From: Octopus vulgaris
Taxonomy: Eukaryota
Assembly (NCBI GenBank): GCA_951406725.2
Contig: OX597828.1
Location: 70,804,001-70,868,000, forward strand
Direction: 5' to 3'
Length of the DNA: 64,000 bases
Position numbers and translations under genes: made by a program. This document shows, in pieces, positions 28,477 to 42,526 of this stretch; the first letter of the stretch is position 1; each line of letters opens with the position of its first letter. The notes under the pieces were generated by a model. That model was not told the DNA's origin. It worked only from the letters and a program-made list of their open reading frames with translations, and ran no database searches.

Positions 28477-29265
28477 GTCAGGCTTCTTTTAGTTTCTATC
28501 TACCAAATCCACTTAAAAGGCTTTGGTCGGCAAAAGGCTATAGTAAAAGATACTTGCTCAAGGTGTCATGCAGTGGGACTGAACTCGGAACCATGTGGTC
28601 GAGAAGCAAGCTTCTTACCACACAGCCAGGTTTATTTAATTTCTTATTCATTAAAATTTTTTCAGTCTTCCGGAATGCTGCATCTGACTATGGTCGCCAT
28701 ATTATGCTAAAACTTAGCTGCAATTCCTAAGCCAATCATACGCTTCTATTCCAAGAACACTGCTTCAGTGGAAGATATTCCAGTAACAGAGGTTGGCGCT
28801 GCCAGTGTTAAGATGTTACATCAGTGTTTTTCACTTCGTAGAGGCCCGAACATCAAAGAAAATATTATTTCAAGTGCATTTTTGAAAGGAAAATTAGAAA
28901 TTACTGGTGCAATTCACATCAAGCTATTTTAAGTCTAAAAATTTAGAATAAATATAGTGAATTTTTGCTTCCATCGTTTTATATTAATGGCAAATATGTA
29001 GAAGAGGATTTTTTTTTTCGCTTTTGTAATTTTCTAGAGATTCAAAGTTTTTTTTTTTTTTTTTGTTTTTTCTGAAGATTTAACTACACAATTGTCTTTT
29101 AATGTCTACGGCGCACTATGGCACAAACAAAAAACAAAAGATACACATACACACATACGCACAAATACATACATAGACACACACGCACACACTTACATAC
29201 ACACATACACAGACGCACACGCTTGGAGAGATATGGAAATTGAAATATACATATGAATATATGTA

Positions 29266-29296
<31 letters not shown>

Positions 29297-29355
29297 ATGT
29301 ATGTATGTATGTATGTATGTATGTACGTATGTATGTATGTATGTATGTATGTATG

Positions 29356-29397
<42 letters not shown>

Positions 29398-29423
29398 TAC
29401 ACACTTATACAAACATACACACA

Positions 29424-29490
<67 letters not shown>

Positions 29491-29693
29491 TACACACTCT
29501 TATACAAACATACACACTCATACCTATGTATATATATATATATATATATTCATAAGAAGAAGAAATAGGTACTCAGAAGATCGGATGGTTTATATTTACA
29601 GATATTTATTTGTATATTACATTTTTTATATATATCATATCACTTAGATCATTAGCGCTTTCTATTCTAGTGGGGTTTTCAAATCGAACTAAC

Positions 29694-29749
<56 letters not shown>

Positions 29750-29931
29750 CATACATACGTATATTCATACATATATGTCTGTGCATGTATATACATTGAC
29801 ATATTTCTTTGTGTGTGTGGCCGTCAGCTTACCATTCGATCTCTATCTCCCTCTTTCTCTCTCTATCTCCCTCTCTCTCTCTCTCTTTATATAGATTGAT
29901 TATATATGTGTACATACACAGACATTCAAGT

Positions 29932-29978
<47 letters not shown>

Positions 29979-30309
29979 TGTGTGTGCGTATGTATATAAT
30001 ATATATTTATTTATATATATATATATCCTTTTATCCCTTTACTTGTTTCAGTCATTTGACTGCGGCCATGCTGGAGCACCGCCTTTAGTTGAACAAATTG
30101 ACTCCAAGACTTATTCTTTGTAAGCCTAGTACTTATTCTATTGTTCCCTTTTGCCGAACCGCCAGTTTACGGAGACGTAAACACACCAACATCGGTTGTC
30201 AAGTGATTGTAGAAGGACAAACAAGATGCACAAATACATGCATACATAAACACACATATATATATATATATATGACGGGCTTCTTTCAGTTTCCGCCTAC
30301 CAAATCCGA

Positions 30310-30358
<49 letters not shown>

Positions 30359-30577
30359 CACACACACACACACACATATATTGAAGACTATTGAAAAGGT
30401 TGCAAGACGCAACGAAAATTTTAGGAAAATAAAAATAAGAAATAAGTGGAAATTTTACCGGTGAGTGTGTTACATTATAAGGCACGAAAAGAAAATTACT
30501 CTCCCCAGACACAACAGAATATGCTTCAACACACGAACTCACATAAAGAATCTTGCAAACCAAATCCCAAAACGAAA

Positions 30578-30637
<60 letters not shown>

Positions 30638-30839
30638 CATGTATATACCTGTGTACAAATATATATAGTGTATGTGTGTATGTGTATACACATTCACACA
30701 CACACACACTTGTTCACTTCAGCAGTTCTATGATTTCTTTTAACATAGCCTTCGCCAAGCTGGAGCACCTTCAACATAATTCGGATTTCCGCATTACTTC
30801 CGTCTACCGGATTCCTATAAAGTGGCATTGACCGAAAAT

Positions 30840-30948
30840 GGGTGTGTATTCTTGTGTGTATGTTTGTGTGTGTGTTTGTGTGTGTGTATATGTGCTTGTG
30901 TGTGTGCGCGTGTGTGTGTTTGTGTGTGTGTGTGTGTGTATATGTGCT

Positions 30949-31047
<99 letters not shown>

Positions 31048-31110
31048 GTGTGTGTGTGTTTGTGTGCGTGTGTGTATGTGTGTGTGTATGTGTGTGTGTA
31101 CTTGTGTGTT

Positions 31111-31158
<48 letters not shown>

Positions 31159-31623
31159 TCCAGTGTTCAGTAGCGACGTTAATAGACAGGTAGTTAGAAA
31201 GGTAGATGATACCTCGATAGGTGTACAGATACATGCATACATACACACATACACATATACACAAGCACACACATACGCACACATACATACACACACACAT
31301 GCATGCATACAAACATACATGCATACATATACAGAGGTTCATAGATACTTACATACAGACATACACACACATACATAAATACATACATATAGATACATAC
31401 ATATACACACATACATGCATACATTCATACATACATACAGACATACATACACACATACATACACAAACATAAAACATATATATATACACACACACATACC
31501 CAATAAATACATACACTCATGCACACATACACATACATACACATACATACATACATACATACATACATACATACATACATACATACATACATACATACAT
31601 ACATACATACATACATACATACA

Positions 31624-31655
<32 letters not shown>

Positions 31656-31693
31656 CATACATACATACATACACACATACATACATACATACA

Positions 31694-31725
<32 letters not shown>

Positions 31726-31945
31726 CACACATACATGCATATATAAATACATACATACATAGAGATATGCAGGCATACATACATACATACATACATACAT
31801 ACATGCATACATACTTACATACATACGTACATACATACATACATACATTCATACACACATACATACATACATACATACATACACACATACATACATACAT
31901 ACATAGATACATACATACATAAATACATACATACATACATACACA
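30840..31945. repeat. Compound microsatellite block: (TG)n ~30840-31155 then (TACA)n/(CA)n ~31225-31945
   Basis: Direct reading; explains the many spurious CV/HT/YVCM ORFs. Confidence 0.95.
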
Positions 31946-32944
31946 GAGAGAAACAGGTAGAGAGAGCGAGAAAGGCGGAGGATGGGGGTTGGGGTGTGTA
32001 ATTTTACGTTTGTAACAATTAAATAAAGAAGGAAAGAAAGAGAAAGAAGTAAATAAGGCCGTGTGGGACGATGGAGATGTGGAGGCGGTGTATATCGTAG
32101 TAGGAGAGGGGTATTACTGGTGGGCGGGGATTGGTGGGAGATCTAGCCAATCATAAGAGCAATCTGTGGAGATGGACAGATTGATAGGTTGTCATAAAGT
32201 AAGAGGGGGGGGGGAGATTGAGTGAGAGAGACGGAAAGAGGGGAAAGGGAGAGTGTTGGAGAGAGAGAGAGAGAAAGAGAGAGAATGAGTGATAAATAGA
32301 TACTGGGAGAAGAAGAGGGTGATTAATGAAAGAGAGGGAGAGAAAGATTGTATGGTGTAGAGATTAGAGAGAGTAAAGATTATGAGAGAGAGAGAGGGTG
32401 AAGGGAAATAATGAGAGGAAAGGGGTAAAGTACGGCGTGTGCGAGTGAGTGAGAGAGAAGGTAGAAAAGAAGCAGAGATGGAGGGAGGGGGTAGGAAGTT
32501 ATAGATAGAAAGAGAGAGTGAGAGAGGGGGCGAGAGGGAGGGAAAGAGTGAGATAATGAGATAATGAGAAAAAGAGAGGCGAGAGTGAGGTGGACATGTG
32601 TTAAAGTGTCGTTATAGAAGGTGTGTGCATGTGTGTGTTTACATGAGTGTACGTACGTGTGCGTGTGCGTGTGTGTGTCTGTGTATATGTGTGTATGTGT
32701 GTGCGATGATATAAATGTTAAACTTATATGTGCGTGTGTGCTTGTGTGTGTACGAGTTTAGGCGTGTGCATATATATATGTGCATATATATATATATATA
32801 TATATATGCGTGTGTTTGTATATCTGGTACATGTGTGATTATATTTGTGCATTTATGTAGATGTGTGTGTGTGTGTGTCGTAGATAACTCACACACACAC
32901 ACATACACACAAACACTCGCGTGCACGCAGACACACACACACAT

Positions 32945-32982
<38 letters not shown>

Positions 32983-33039
32983 TATGTTGGAATTGTCGTT
33001 CAGGAATTAATCGCCAATGTTGTCGGAAGAACATTGTCA

Positions 33040-33204
33040 ACATCATCATCATCATCATCATCATCATCACCATCGTCATCATTCTAGCTGAGTGTAAACT
33101 CTTACTCCCACCTTCCCCCCAGCCTGCCACACTACACCACTTCCACCACCACCACCACCACCACCACTATCACCCGCACCGCCGCTACCGTCTTCTACTT
33201 CTAC

Positions 33205-33237
<33 letters not shown>

Positions 33238-33530
33238 GGTGGTGGTGGTGGTGGTGGTGGTGGTAGTGGTGGTGGTGGTGGTGGTGGTGGTGGTGGTGGT
33301 GGTGGTGGTGGTGGTGGTGGTGTGCGAGAGGTGTGTTGCTTGTGCAGGCATCACTTGTAATAGCAACTACAACTACAACAACAACAATTACGGCGATAAC
33401 GACAATGATGATGATGATGATGATTATGACGATGACGACGACGACGGCGGCGACTGCGATTGTCGTGTCGGCGGCGGTGTCGGCGGCGGTGTCGGCGGCG
33501 GCGGTGGTGGTGGTGGCGGCGGCGGTGGAT
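33040..33530. repeat. Compound triplet-repeat block (CAT, CAC, GTA, GGT, GAT, GGC) upstream of the spondin exon
   Basis: Direct reading; ~95-bp (GGT)n at 33226-33321. Confidence 0.9.
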
Positions 33531-33579
33531 GTGGTCGGGTGGTAGACGGGTAGTTGTTCGTGCTTCCTTAAAAGTTAAC

Positions 33580-33830
33580 CGTAATGTAAACAAAAGAGGG
33601 AAAAGCCACTCGAGATAGACTCGTCAAGACGCGGTCGTCCTCGCCGAAAGCGGAGGGGAAAGAACAGAGAGAACAGAGAAGAAGAAGCAGAACCTACGTC
33701 ACTCGCGAGAGTTTTTCTGGGGAGAAACTTACAATACGAGATAAGCCTGCCTTTTGCAATGTCGCAAAACTTGCCGAGGGCCCTTAACAGCTTTTTATAT
33801 AAACCCTGCCGCAGTTAATTTACATCTGAC
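33580..33830 (+). promoter_or_regulatory. Putative promoter / 5' region of the spondin gene
   Basis: CpG-rich unique island upstream of the ATG with ACGTCA (CRE half-site) next to CTCGCGAG (~33696-33709) and TATATAAA at 33796-33803. Motif-only evidence. Confidence 0.4.
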
Positions 33831-34070
33831 CCCCACCGAACACATACATACACACACATACACATACGCTCTTATATACGTACATACATACGTATGTATG
33901 TATATATGTATATATAATCAGTTCACCCTTAAAAACAATTAAAATATTCGGGGGGTTCCGCTGGGATTTTAAGGGCCTCGATTTTAATTTACTTTTTTTC
34001 TGAAAAACAGGGATTTCTGTTTTGATTTTTTTTTTTCTCTTTTTTTTACTTCTTTATTTTCTACAACACA

Positions 34071-34275
34071 ATGATGTCTGCTCTACCATATCTGGTATTG
34101 TTGAGCATTTGTCTTACATGGAGTGGATTTGTTAAGGGCATGTCCCCTGTCGACTTGTGTCGACGAAGGCCTATTCACACAACGGCCGCCAAAACCGAAG
34201 GGAGCAATGGATTTCGTATCAAAGTGGACGGTCTCTCCCCGAAGGACACTTATAGACCAGGGGCTGAGTATAAAG
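34071..34275 (+). CDS. SPON1: First coding exon of an F-spondin/spondin-1-like secreted protein (signal peptide + N-terminus of Reeler domain); later exons not confidently found in window
   Basis: MMSALPYLVLLSICLTWSGFVKG is a hydrophobic signal peptide. It is followed by LCRRRPIHTTAAKTEGSNGFRIKVDGLSPKDTYRPGAEYK, matching the recalled F-spondin pattern C-x-R...EG..F.(L/I).V.G...Y.PG..Y.V (human CSRILRAQGTRREGYTEFSLRVEGDPDFYKPGTSYRV). The exon ends AAAG|GTAGGT (donor at 34276, phase 1) at the position of the conserved Val codon. Non-repetitive sequence. Confidence 0.85.
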
Positions 34276-34376
34276 GTAGGTGAAATTTTAACATTGTTCT
34301 GTTTGCTCATGGGGTCACCCCCTACATTTATACATACATACATAACATGCATGCATACATACACACACACATGTAT

Positions 34377-34457
<81 letters not shown>

Positions 34458-34545
34458 GATGGATAAATAGATAGATATGTATATATGTATATATAAAAAG
34501 TTATGCAATAGTATGTGTATATGTGTATATATATATATATACACA

Positions 34546-34764
34546 TGAGGGGCTGCTGAAAAGTTCCAGGGTTTGGATAAAAGAAGATACGGGAGGATGA
34601 GTTAATTATGATTTTTATTCAATATGTCCCCTTCTCGGATTCACACACGTATTGCAGTGGTCCTTCAGTTTTTCTAAGCTCTGTAAAAGAACCCAGAGTG
34701 TTGGGCCTCCAACCAGGCCTTTCGCGACACCCTTAAAGCCAGGAACTTTTCCGCAACCCCTTCG
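34546..34764. mobile_element. Mariner-derived MITE (~220 bp)
   Basis: Imperfect ~28-bp TIRs TGAGGGGCTGCTGAAAAGTTCCAGGGTTT / AAAGCCAGGAACTTTTCCGCAACCCCTTCG; no ORF. Confidence 0.75.
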
Positions 34765-34976
34765 TTTGTGTGTGTGTTATATATCTTTGTTTATAGCTAT
34801 TATTTAGATGAACGCTTGTGTTTACAAACTAATTTTTAAAGAAACACTTAAATACGCCAAGTGCAGGGTACAGATTTTTTTTTATGGGTTTTGGGGATTT
34901 TATTTATTTATTTATTCTTTAAAGCTGAAATTTAAAACTGTTAGTTATAAACATTAGATTCAACTTCTTCATCTCT

Positions 34977-35011
<35 letters not shown>

Positions 35012-35426
35012 CCCTCCTCTCTCTCTCTCTTTCTCTCTCTCTCTCTTTATGTGTGCGTGTGTCTACATATATCGAGATATAAATTAGACAGACAAGCTGA
35101 CAAACAGATAGACAGACAGACAGATACATACATGCATAAAAAGATGGATAAGTAGATAGACAGATAGAAAGAGAAAGAGAGAGAGACAGAGACAGAGACA
35201 GAGACAGAGACATAGAGACAGAGACTGAGAGAGAGAGACAGAGAGACAGAGAGACAGAGAGAGACGGATCGATCGATCGATCGACCGACGGGCAGATAGA
35301 TAGACAGATAGATAGATCCACAAATGTTTCGTTTTGTAAGAAGTGTGCTTAATCATGTTCTGTGTGTGTGTGTGTTGCGTCTTTGTAATCGGCAAGTGCG
35401 TGTATTGTGATATACATGCGGTTAAA

Positions 35427-35457
<31 letters not shown>

Positions 35458-36207
35458 GGTTAGTACAAATCTACGCCTTTGTATCATATTGACAGTCACA
35501 CACACACACACACACATTATACGTATAGTATATCATATAGCATGTCACACATATACACACACGCTTGCTTGTTTGTAAGCGAGTAAATATATATACACAC
35601 ACACACGACCCACACACACATACACACACACATGCATTTGTATACATACAGACATATGCGCCAATGTCACAGACAAACACACACACACAGACAAACACAC
35701 ACATAGACAGACAGACAGACAAATACAATCAGCATAATGTTGACCTTTAAGAAATTACAACTTATGTAGTATATTAGCTAAGTGTGTGTGTGTGTGTCTG
35801 TGTGTGTGTGTGTGTCTGTGCGTGTGTCGTAAGGCGTGATGTGTAAATCGTGTGTGTCTGTGTGTATTCTTTCATTCTTTTACTTGTATTAGTCATTTGA
35901 ATGCGGCCATGCTGGGGCACCACCTTTAATCGAACAAATCGACCCCAGGACTTATTCTTTGTCGAACCGCTAAGTTTTGGGGACGGTTGTCAAACGTTGG
36001 TGGTGGGAATGGGAGGGGACAAACACAAACACATACATATTTACATATATATACATACATACATACGACGGGCTTCTTTCAGTTTCCGTCTACCAAATCC
36101 ACTCACAAGGCTTTGGTCGACCCGAGGCTATAGTGGTGTTACACAGCAGGACTGAACCCGGAACCATATGATTAGAAAGCAAGCTTCTTACCACAGCCAC
36201 TCCTGTG

Positions 36208-36249
<42 letters not shown>

Positions 36250-36340
36250 TAGATAGATAGATTCAAAATGTGACCGTGTGTGTACCGTTGACGATTTTTT
36301 TCCCTCTGTCTTCCCTTCTCTGGATCTTTCCTTTTCCTAT

Positions 36341-36375
36341 GTTTCCGACGAAGAGCTCCGCTCGAAACGTTAAAC
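36341..36375 (+). ncRNA. Hammerhead-like motif (U4C core variant) in pLTR-like element ~36260-36475 flanked by (TA)n
   Basis: Identical to 3551-3585; both host elements end TTGTTTGGATTAAC(TA)n. Confidence 0.55.
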
Positions 36376-36471
36376 CCTCCTTCTTCCCTTCCTTCCTGAG
36401 CGTCCAATAATACTATATTTGTTCCACGTCCTCGCGTTGTTGTGTTTTTTTTTGTGCTTTCTTGTTTGGAT

Positions 36472-36607
<136 letters not shown>

Positions 36608-36644
36608 TGTATGTATTCCTTGTATGTATCACATTTAATGACGT

Positions 36645-36689
<45 letters not shown>

Positions 36690-37175
36690 ACAATGAATGG
36701 ATCAACAGGTTCACTGGACAAAAGAACAATTTTGTTCCGCTCTTCTTATTGCTGTTACTGTTGTTGTCGACGCCGCTAGTAATGCTGTTGCAGGTATTAC
36801 TATTGTAGTAGTAGTAGTTGTTACTTCTGCAACTGCTGATGTTGCTGTTTTGTATTAGAATTAGCTGAGGCGGTAGAGCAACGGTGGTGTGATGTCGTCA
36901 GTTATCCGTGAAGCGTCGAAGAGGCTCGGGTCTACGGTCAGAGGATTCATTCTCAGGCGGGCCTTTCTTGCTCGGAGAGGGTTTATCGCAAGAGAAGAGA
37001 AGTCCTTGAGGCCCGCGGGTCACCAATACGGACATTCTGACCCACACCGGCTGAAGCAAGTCGTCCCTGGTGTATTTCCATACAAAGCAAAATGGGAGAA
37101 AGCCGCCAAAACTAACGGGAAGACTGTACGGGGACAAGAACATTGATCTCTCTCTCTCTCTATCTCTCTCTTTCT

Positions 37176-37233
<58 letters not shown>

Positions 37234-37242
37234 AATACACAC

Positions 37243-37312
<70 letters not shown>

Positions 37313-37344
37313 CATATATATATATTTATGTGTGTGTGTATATA

Positions 37345-37470
37345 TCAAGATAATCAAGAAATTGATGATCCGGTTCTTGACTGAAGATTAGAGGCTTCGA
37401 ATGACCCGTCCTTTTTTTGTGCCGTCTATTTGAATGTTTTGCGTTCTTGTCCCATTTTGTATTTTTATAA

Positions 37471-37512
<42 letters not shown>

Positions 37513-37713
37513 TATGTATGCATATATGTGTGTATGTATTTCCATCGCCTGATCGTTGTAATCAACAACCACTTCGGTGTTATAATTGGGTTTACTTACT
37601 TCCTTACAGCATGACCAGGCGTATCGACTTGTGCCTCAATGTACATGTGTGTGCGCATGCATGCATGGATGTGAATATACTTATATACATACATACATAC
37701 ATACATACATACA

Positions 37714-37744
<31 letters not shown>

Positions 37745-37754
37745 CATACATATA

Positions 37755-37815
<61 letters not shown>

Positions 37816-37965
37816 GAAAAATACAAACTGGGACAAGAACGTAAAACATTTAGATGATACAAAAAACATTCGAAGCCTTCAATCTTCAGTCAAGAACCGG
37901 ATCATCCTAGCAATTTCGGCTGATTAATCTTGAGATCGCTCCGATCCGGCCAGCCCCAAGGAAAA
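37345..37965. mobile_element. Inverted pair of a short (TA)n-terminated repeat family (plus 37345-37470, minus 37810-37965); further copies at ~20335-20500 and ~57395-57512
   Basis: Shared GATGATCCGGTTCTTGACTGAAGATT..AGGCTTCGAATG..CGTCC...GTTTTGCGTTCTTGTCCC core; all four copies end in or near (TA)n. Confidence 0.6.
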
Positions 37966-38024
37966 AATATATATATATCAACTGGGATAGGGATAATATG
38001 GTTCTCATTATTTAATTCTATTAA

Positions 38025-38411
38025 AGGGGCGAGCTGGTAAAATCGTTAAAATGCCGGGTAAAATGCTTAGCAGCATTTCGTTCGTTTGTGCGTTCTGAGT
38101 TCAAATTCCGCCGAGGTCGACTTTACCTTTCATCCTTTCGGGGTCGATAAATTAATTCCCTATCAAGCGCTGAGATCGATGCAAGCGAAGCGCCCCCTGC
38201 CCCACCCCTCCCTTAATTTCAGGTGTTGTGCCTGTAGTAGAGAGGATCGCCACCTCACAAATTGTTGTCTGTCCGTGTGAGGCTCCCTCAATTATGCCCC
38301 AATGGCTAATATTATTATTACACTATTATTACCCCCGCCTTAGCGTAATAGTTCTCACATCGACAATGCTCTTCTCAATACGTGTGATGTACCAGTTAAG
38401 ACAATCTTTTT

Positions 38412-38458
<47 letters not shown>

Positions 38459-38757
38459 GTTATTGTCATCATCATTATAACATTATTATTATTATCAAGG
38501 CGTAGAGCTGGCACAGTCGTTAGCAAGCCGGGCAAAATGCTTCGTGGCATTTCGTCCGTCTTTATGTTCTGAGTTCAAATTCCACCGAGATCGACTTTGC
38601 CTTTCATCCTTTCGGCGTCGATAAAAGAAGTACCAGTTGAATACTGGGGTCGATATAATCGACTCATCCCCCTCTCCCCAAAAACTGCTGCCCTTGGGCC
38701 TATAGAAGAAAGGTTTATTGTTATTCTACATACTTTGTTGTTCACCTCGTTGGCTGT

Positions 38758-38795
<38 letters not shown>

Positions 38796-39446
38796 TATAA
38801 AATGTTTCAAGTGTACTGAAAACCCCGCAGCTTTCCGATACAATAGTGGTTACTTAATCCCGCTAGAAATAACAGCCAAATCTTTCTCGAGTCCAAACTC
38901 TGCCACCTTTAAAAAAAAAAACGACATATTGCATAATGGAATCTGAAAGAATTTCAAACTGGCGTGGTGGTCACGGCTGGATGAGAGTCGACCATGAAAG
39001 CCAGACAACAACAACAACAACGACTCATAATTTACTGTGTATAGAAGTTCACCTAATTGATCAGGTGAGATTAGAAACCGTGTCAGCGTTCTCAATTCCC
39101 CGCCAAACCTTCCTCCCATCACCGCCGTTTCTCCCTCTCACTGCAGGACTCTTTACCAGGATAAAGGAACAGTGATGGTTTCAAAATTTTAGCACAAGGC
39201 CATTCGTTTTGAAATCAGACCATAAGGAGCCGGAACAAAAACACCACAAAGTATTTTGTCCGACACTCTACCGATCCTACCAGCACACCACTTGAATATT
39301 TGTTCTTTTTAATTTGTGGCACAAGACCTGAAATTTGGGGGAGGCAATGTCAACCTCGGTGGAATTTGAACTCAGAACGTAAAGATAGATGAAATGCCGC
39401 CAAGCATTTCACCCGGCGTGCTACGATTCTCCAGCCCGCCGCCTTA

Positions 39447-39494
<48 letters not shown>

Positions 39495-40580
39495 CCTTTC
39501 TACTATAAGCACAAAGCCTGAAATTTTGAAGAAGGGGTCAAGTTGATTACATCGACCCCAGTACTCAACTCATATATAATTCATCGACCCCGAAAGGAGG
39601 AAAAAGCAAAGTCGACCTCGGCGGAATTTGAACTCAGAACGTAAAGATGGGAGAAATGCCGCTAAGCATTTCGTCCGACGTGCTAACGCTTCTGCCATCT
39701 CACCACAATCTCTGTTAACCTTCCACTATTATTTATCGTATGTGGTCGTCTGCTCGTATTTACACAATGCTCTGACACACACTAAAGGCTACCACTGTAG
39801 ACATTATGTCGGGTAGAGAAGCAGCCTCAACACCCAACGAGAGAACATCGATTTCGTCACTTAACACAAGAAAAAAAAACCCTTATATCATAATTAACTG
39901 CCTTAAAAGGAAAAATCAAAATGTAGCCCTTCGAAAGAGTCTCACCCAACCGGTTCAGATTCCCTCAGGATTAAACTTCAGTAACAATGCTGGGTATTAG
40001 GCCTTACTCGTCCACGCTGGCTAACCACAGATTGGACGAGTGTGTAGTTATGGTCACAGGGTTAGGCCTGCCTTTCCACACTTTCCGAGCTCGGAGAGTG
40101 GACAGGACGCACCTGTGGTTATCTGAATAAGTTCACCTATTCACAGTAGTCAAGCGCGGAGTGGACTGGGTACATCTGTGGTACATCTGTATTTAGCCTT
40201 GGACATCGATACCCCAACGGAATTTGAACTCGGATCGAAATCATTCGGAACAGTTACCTTAAGGCATCCCGTCCGACGCTCTTGCTGCCCAGAAATGGTA
40301 CTTGATTCCTGGAGGGAAGAAAGGCTAAGTGAACCTCGACGGGATTTGAACTTGAAATGTAAAGAGCCAAAACACATAGCGCAAACCATTTTATCCGAGA
40401 CTCTAACGATTCTGCCACTCCACCTTTTCCCCTCTCCACTGGTACTTTATTTATCGACATCGTGAACACAAAAGTCAAAATTGATCTCGGTGTGTTTAGA
40501 ATCCATATTGCAGGAAGTCAAAACGAATGCTGGAAAGTATTTTATCCGATGCTCTAACGATTCGGCCAACTTACTACCTT
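38025..40580. mobile_element. Family A SINE-rich tract (plus copies ~38025-38245, 38498-38712; minus copies ~39175-39710, 40195-40580)
   Basis: Same core motifs. Other copies at ~2108-2305(+), 9625-9760(+), 15630-15790(-), 19950-20150(+), 27872-28090(+), 41380-41540(-), 48215-48445(-), 50025-50212(-), 54365-54533(-). Confidence 0.8.
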
Positions 40581-40765
40581 AGCCCTAGATATTATATATC
40601 TAAATACAAGACAGGATTGTCATAATTGGAGCGTCATTAATCATAGGTCTGCTGGATTAAGACTGCACTGAGACTAGACATTCGTCCATTATTCTATATA
40701 CATGACCAAATACTATACAGTCTCACTATAGATGTGTGTATGTGTGCGTGATTGTGTGTGTGTGC

Positions 40766-40812
<47 letters not shown>

Positions 40813-41068
40813 CGTGCGTGCGTGTGTGCGTGCATGCGTGCGTGCGTGCGTGCGTGCGCTAGTGGTTGGGATGTTGCACTAACGATCGTCACAGGGTGGG
40901 TTCAATTCCCAGACCAGGTAACATGATGTGTTCTTGAGCAAAACACTTAATTTCACGTTGTTCCAGTCCACTCGGCCGTAAAAGGGTCACCATGCGGTGG
41001 AGTAGCCTTCCGACCAGGTGGGAATGCTGGTCTGGTCGCCAGGCCAGTGGCGTGGTATCGTTCGAAAG

Positions 41069-41298
41069 GCGGCGAGCTGGCAGAAACGTTAGCACGCCGG
41101 GCGAAATGTGTAGCCGTATTTCGTCTGCCGTTACGTTCTGAGTTCAAATTCCGCCGAGGTCGACTTTGCCTTTCATCCTTTCGGGGTCGATAAATTAAGT
41201 ACCAGTTACACACTGGGGTCGATATAATCGACTTAATCCGTTTGTATGTCCTTGTTTGTCCCCTCTGTGTTTAGCCCCTTGTGGGTAGTAAAGAAATA
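41069..41298 (+). mobile_element. Full-length tRNA-derived SINE (family A, Meta-domain-like) with 15-bp TSD
   Basis: GCGAGCTGGCAGAA (A box) ... GAGTTCAAATTCC (B box) ... GACTTTGCCTTTCATCCTTTCGGGGTCGATAAA core. TSD GGTATCGTTCGAAAG at 41054-41068 and 41299-41313. Nested in an older repeat whose uninterrupted copy is at ~14350-14460. Confidence 0.92.
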
Positions 41299-41971
41299 GG
41301 TATCGTTCGAAAGCTACAACAATGCAAAGCACATTGTGACCGGCGATGTGTAGCAACACCCGATAGTCTGGTCGATAGTAATTTCGGGGGTGGAGTAAGT
41401 CAATGACATCGGCCCCCAATGCTCAACTGGTACTTATTTTATCAACCCCGACGGAATTTGAACTCTGAACGTAAAGACGGACGAAATGCCGCTAAGCATA
41501 TTGTCTAGCGTGCTAACGATTCAGCCAGCTCGCCGCCTTATGTGTGTTTTATTAAAAACCCTCACTACTCACCAATCAGATCCCAGTGTAGGTCCAAAAT
41601 CTGCGCTGGTTTGGTGATTTTACTTTGAGAAATATATAAGATCTGAGTTCACTAACGGTAGAGCAAGGGTGACCCCCGCATCCACCTCCACCAGCCAATG
41701 GTGTTTTAAGAGCATGGGCAGACTGGGCAGTGGCCCCGGTCGGGTGGGGTGGGAGAGAAGAAGCAAGGGTTTAGGGGTACAATTACCTGCCTATGTATGT
41801 CTTTGCTTTGCTAAACAAATACGGCAGGGCCCCAGTGCACTGCTTTCAATGGGAGCCTTTAAAGCAGTTAAGACAGCCCTCACCCCGACCCCGCTCCTGC
41901 CCGCCCCTATTTTGATAGCAGGATAGATATCAAGTGTTCCTTTGACACATATACATGGATATATATATACA

Positions 41972-42020
<49 letters not shown>

Positions 42021-42026
42021 TACATG

Positions 42027-42072
<46 letters not shown>

Positions 42073-42466
42073 GTAGTATAGACTGGCTTATCAGGAACAA
42101 CAAGTGTTTGTAGACTAAGGTAGTAAATGTTTGCTAAGAAGTTCAACTATAGGGCCCTGATTACACACACACACACACACAAAACATATACATACATACA
42201 TAAACACATACACTGAGGCATACACATACATACAAGTATAACCTGGCTAGTTTGGTGGGTGGGTGGGTGGATGGATGGACGTTTTGGTCTGGATGAGCAA
42301 ATGGTTAGGCGGGGTGGGGGTGTAGTTTGTGAGGGTTCAATCTGGAATAGTCAGGGTGGGATGTATTGAAACGGGTGGTATTCCGAATGGTGGACGCTTC
42401 ATTATTGAGCGGAATAATTCATAACCTGTTAGAATGAAGTCTGGGGTCGGATGGCAAATATCAATC

Positions 42467-42526
<60 letters not shown>

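Noticed and set aside
37381-37405. CTGAAGA...CGAATG as a hammerhead in the 37345 family
   Set aside because: GAAA box is GAAT in all four copies and no stem III is evident.
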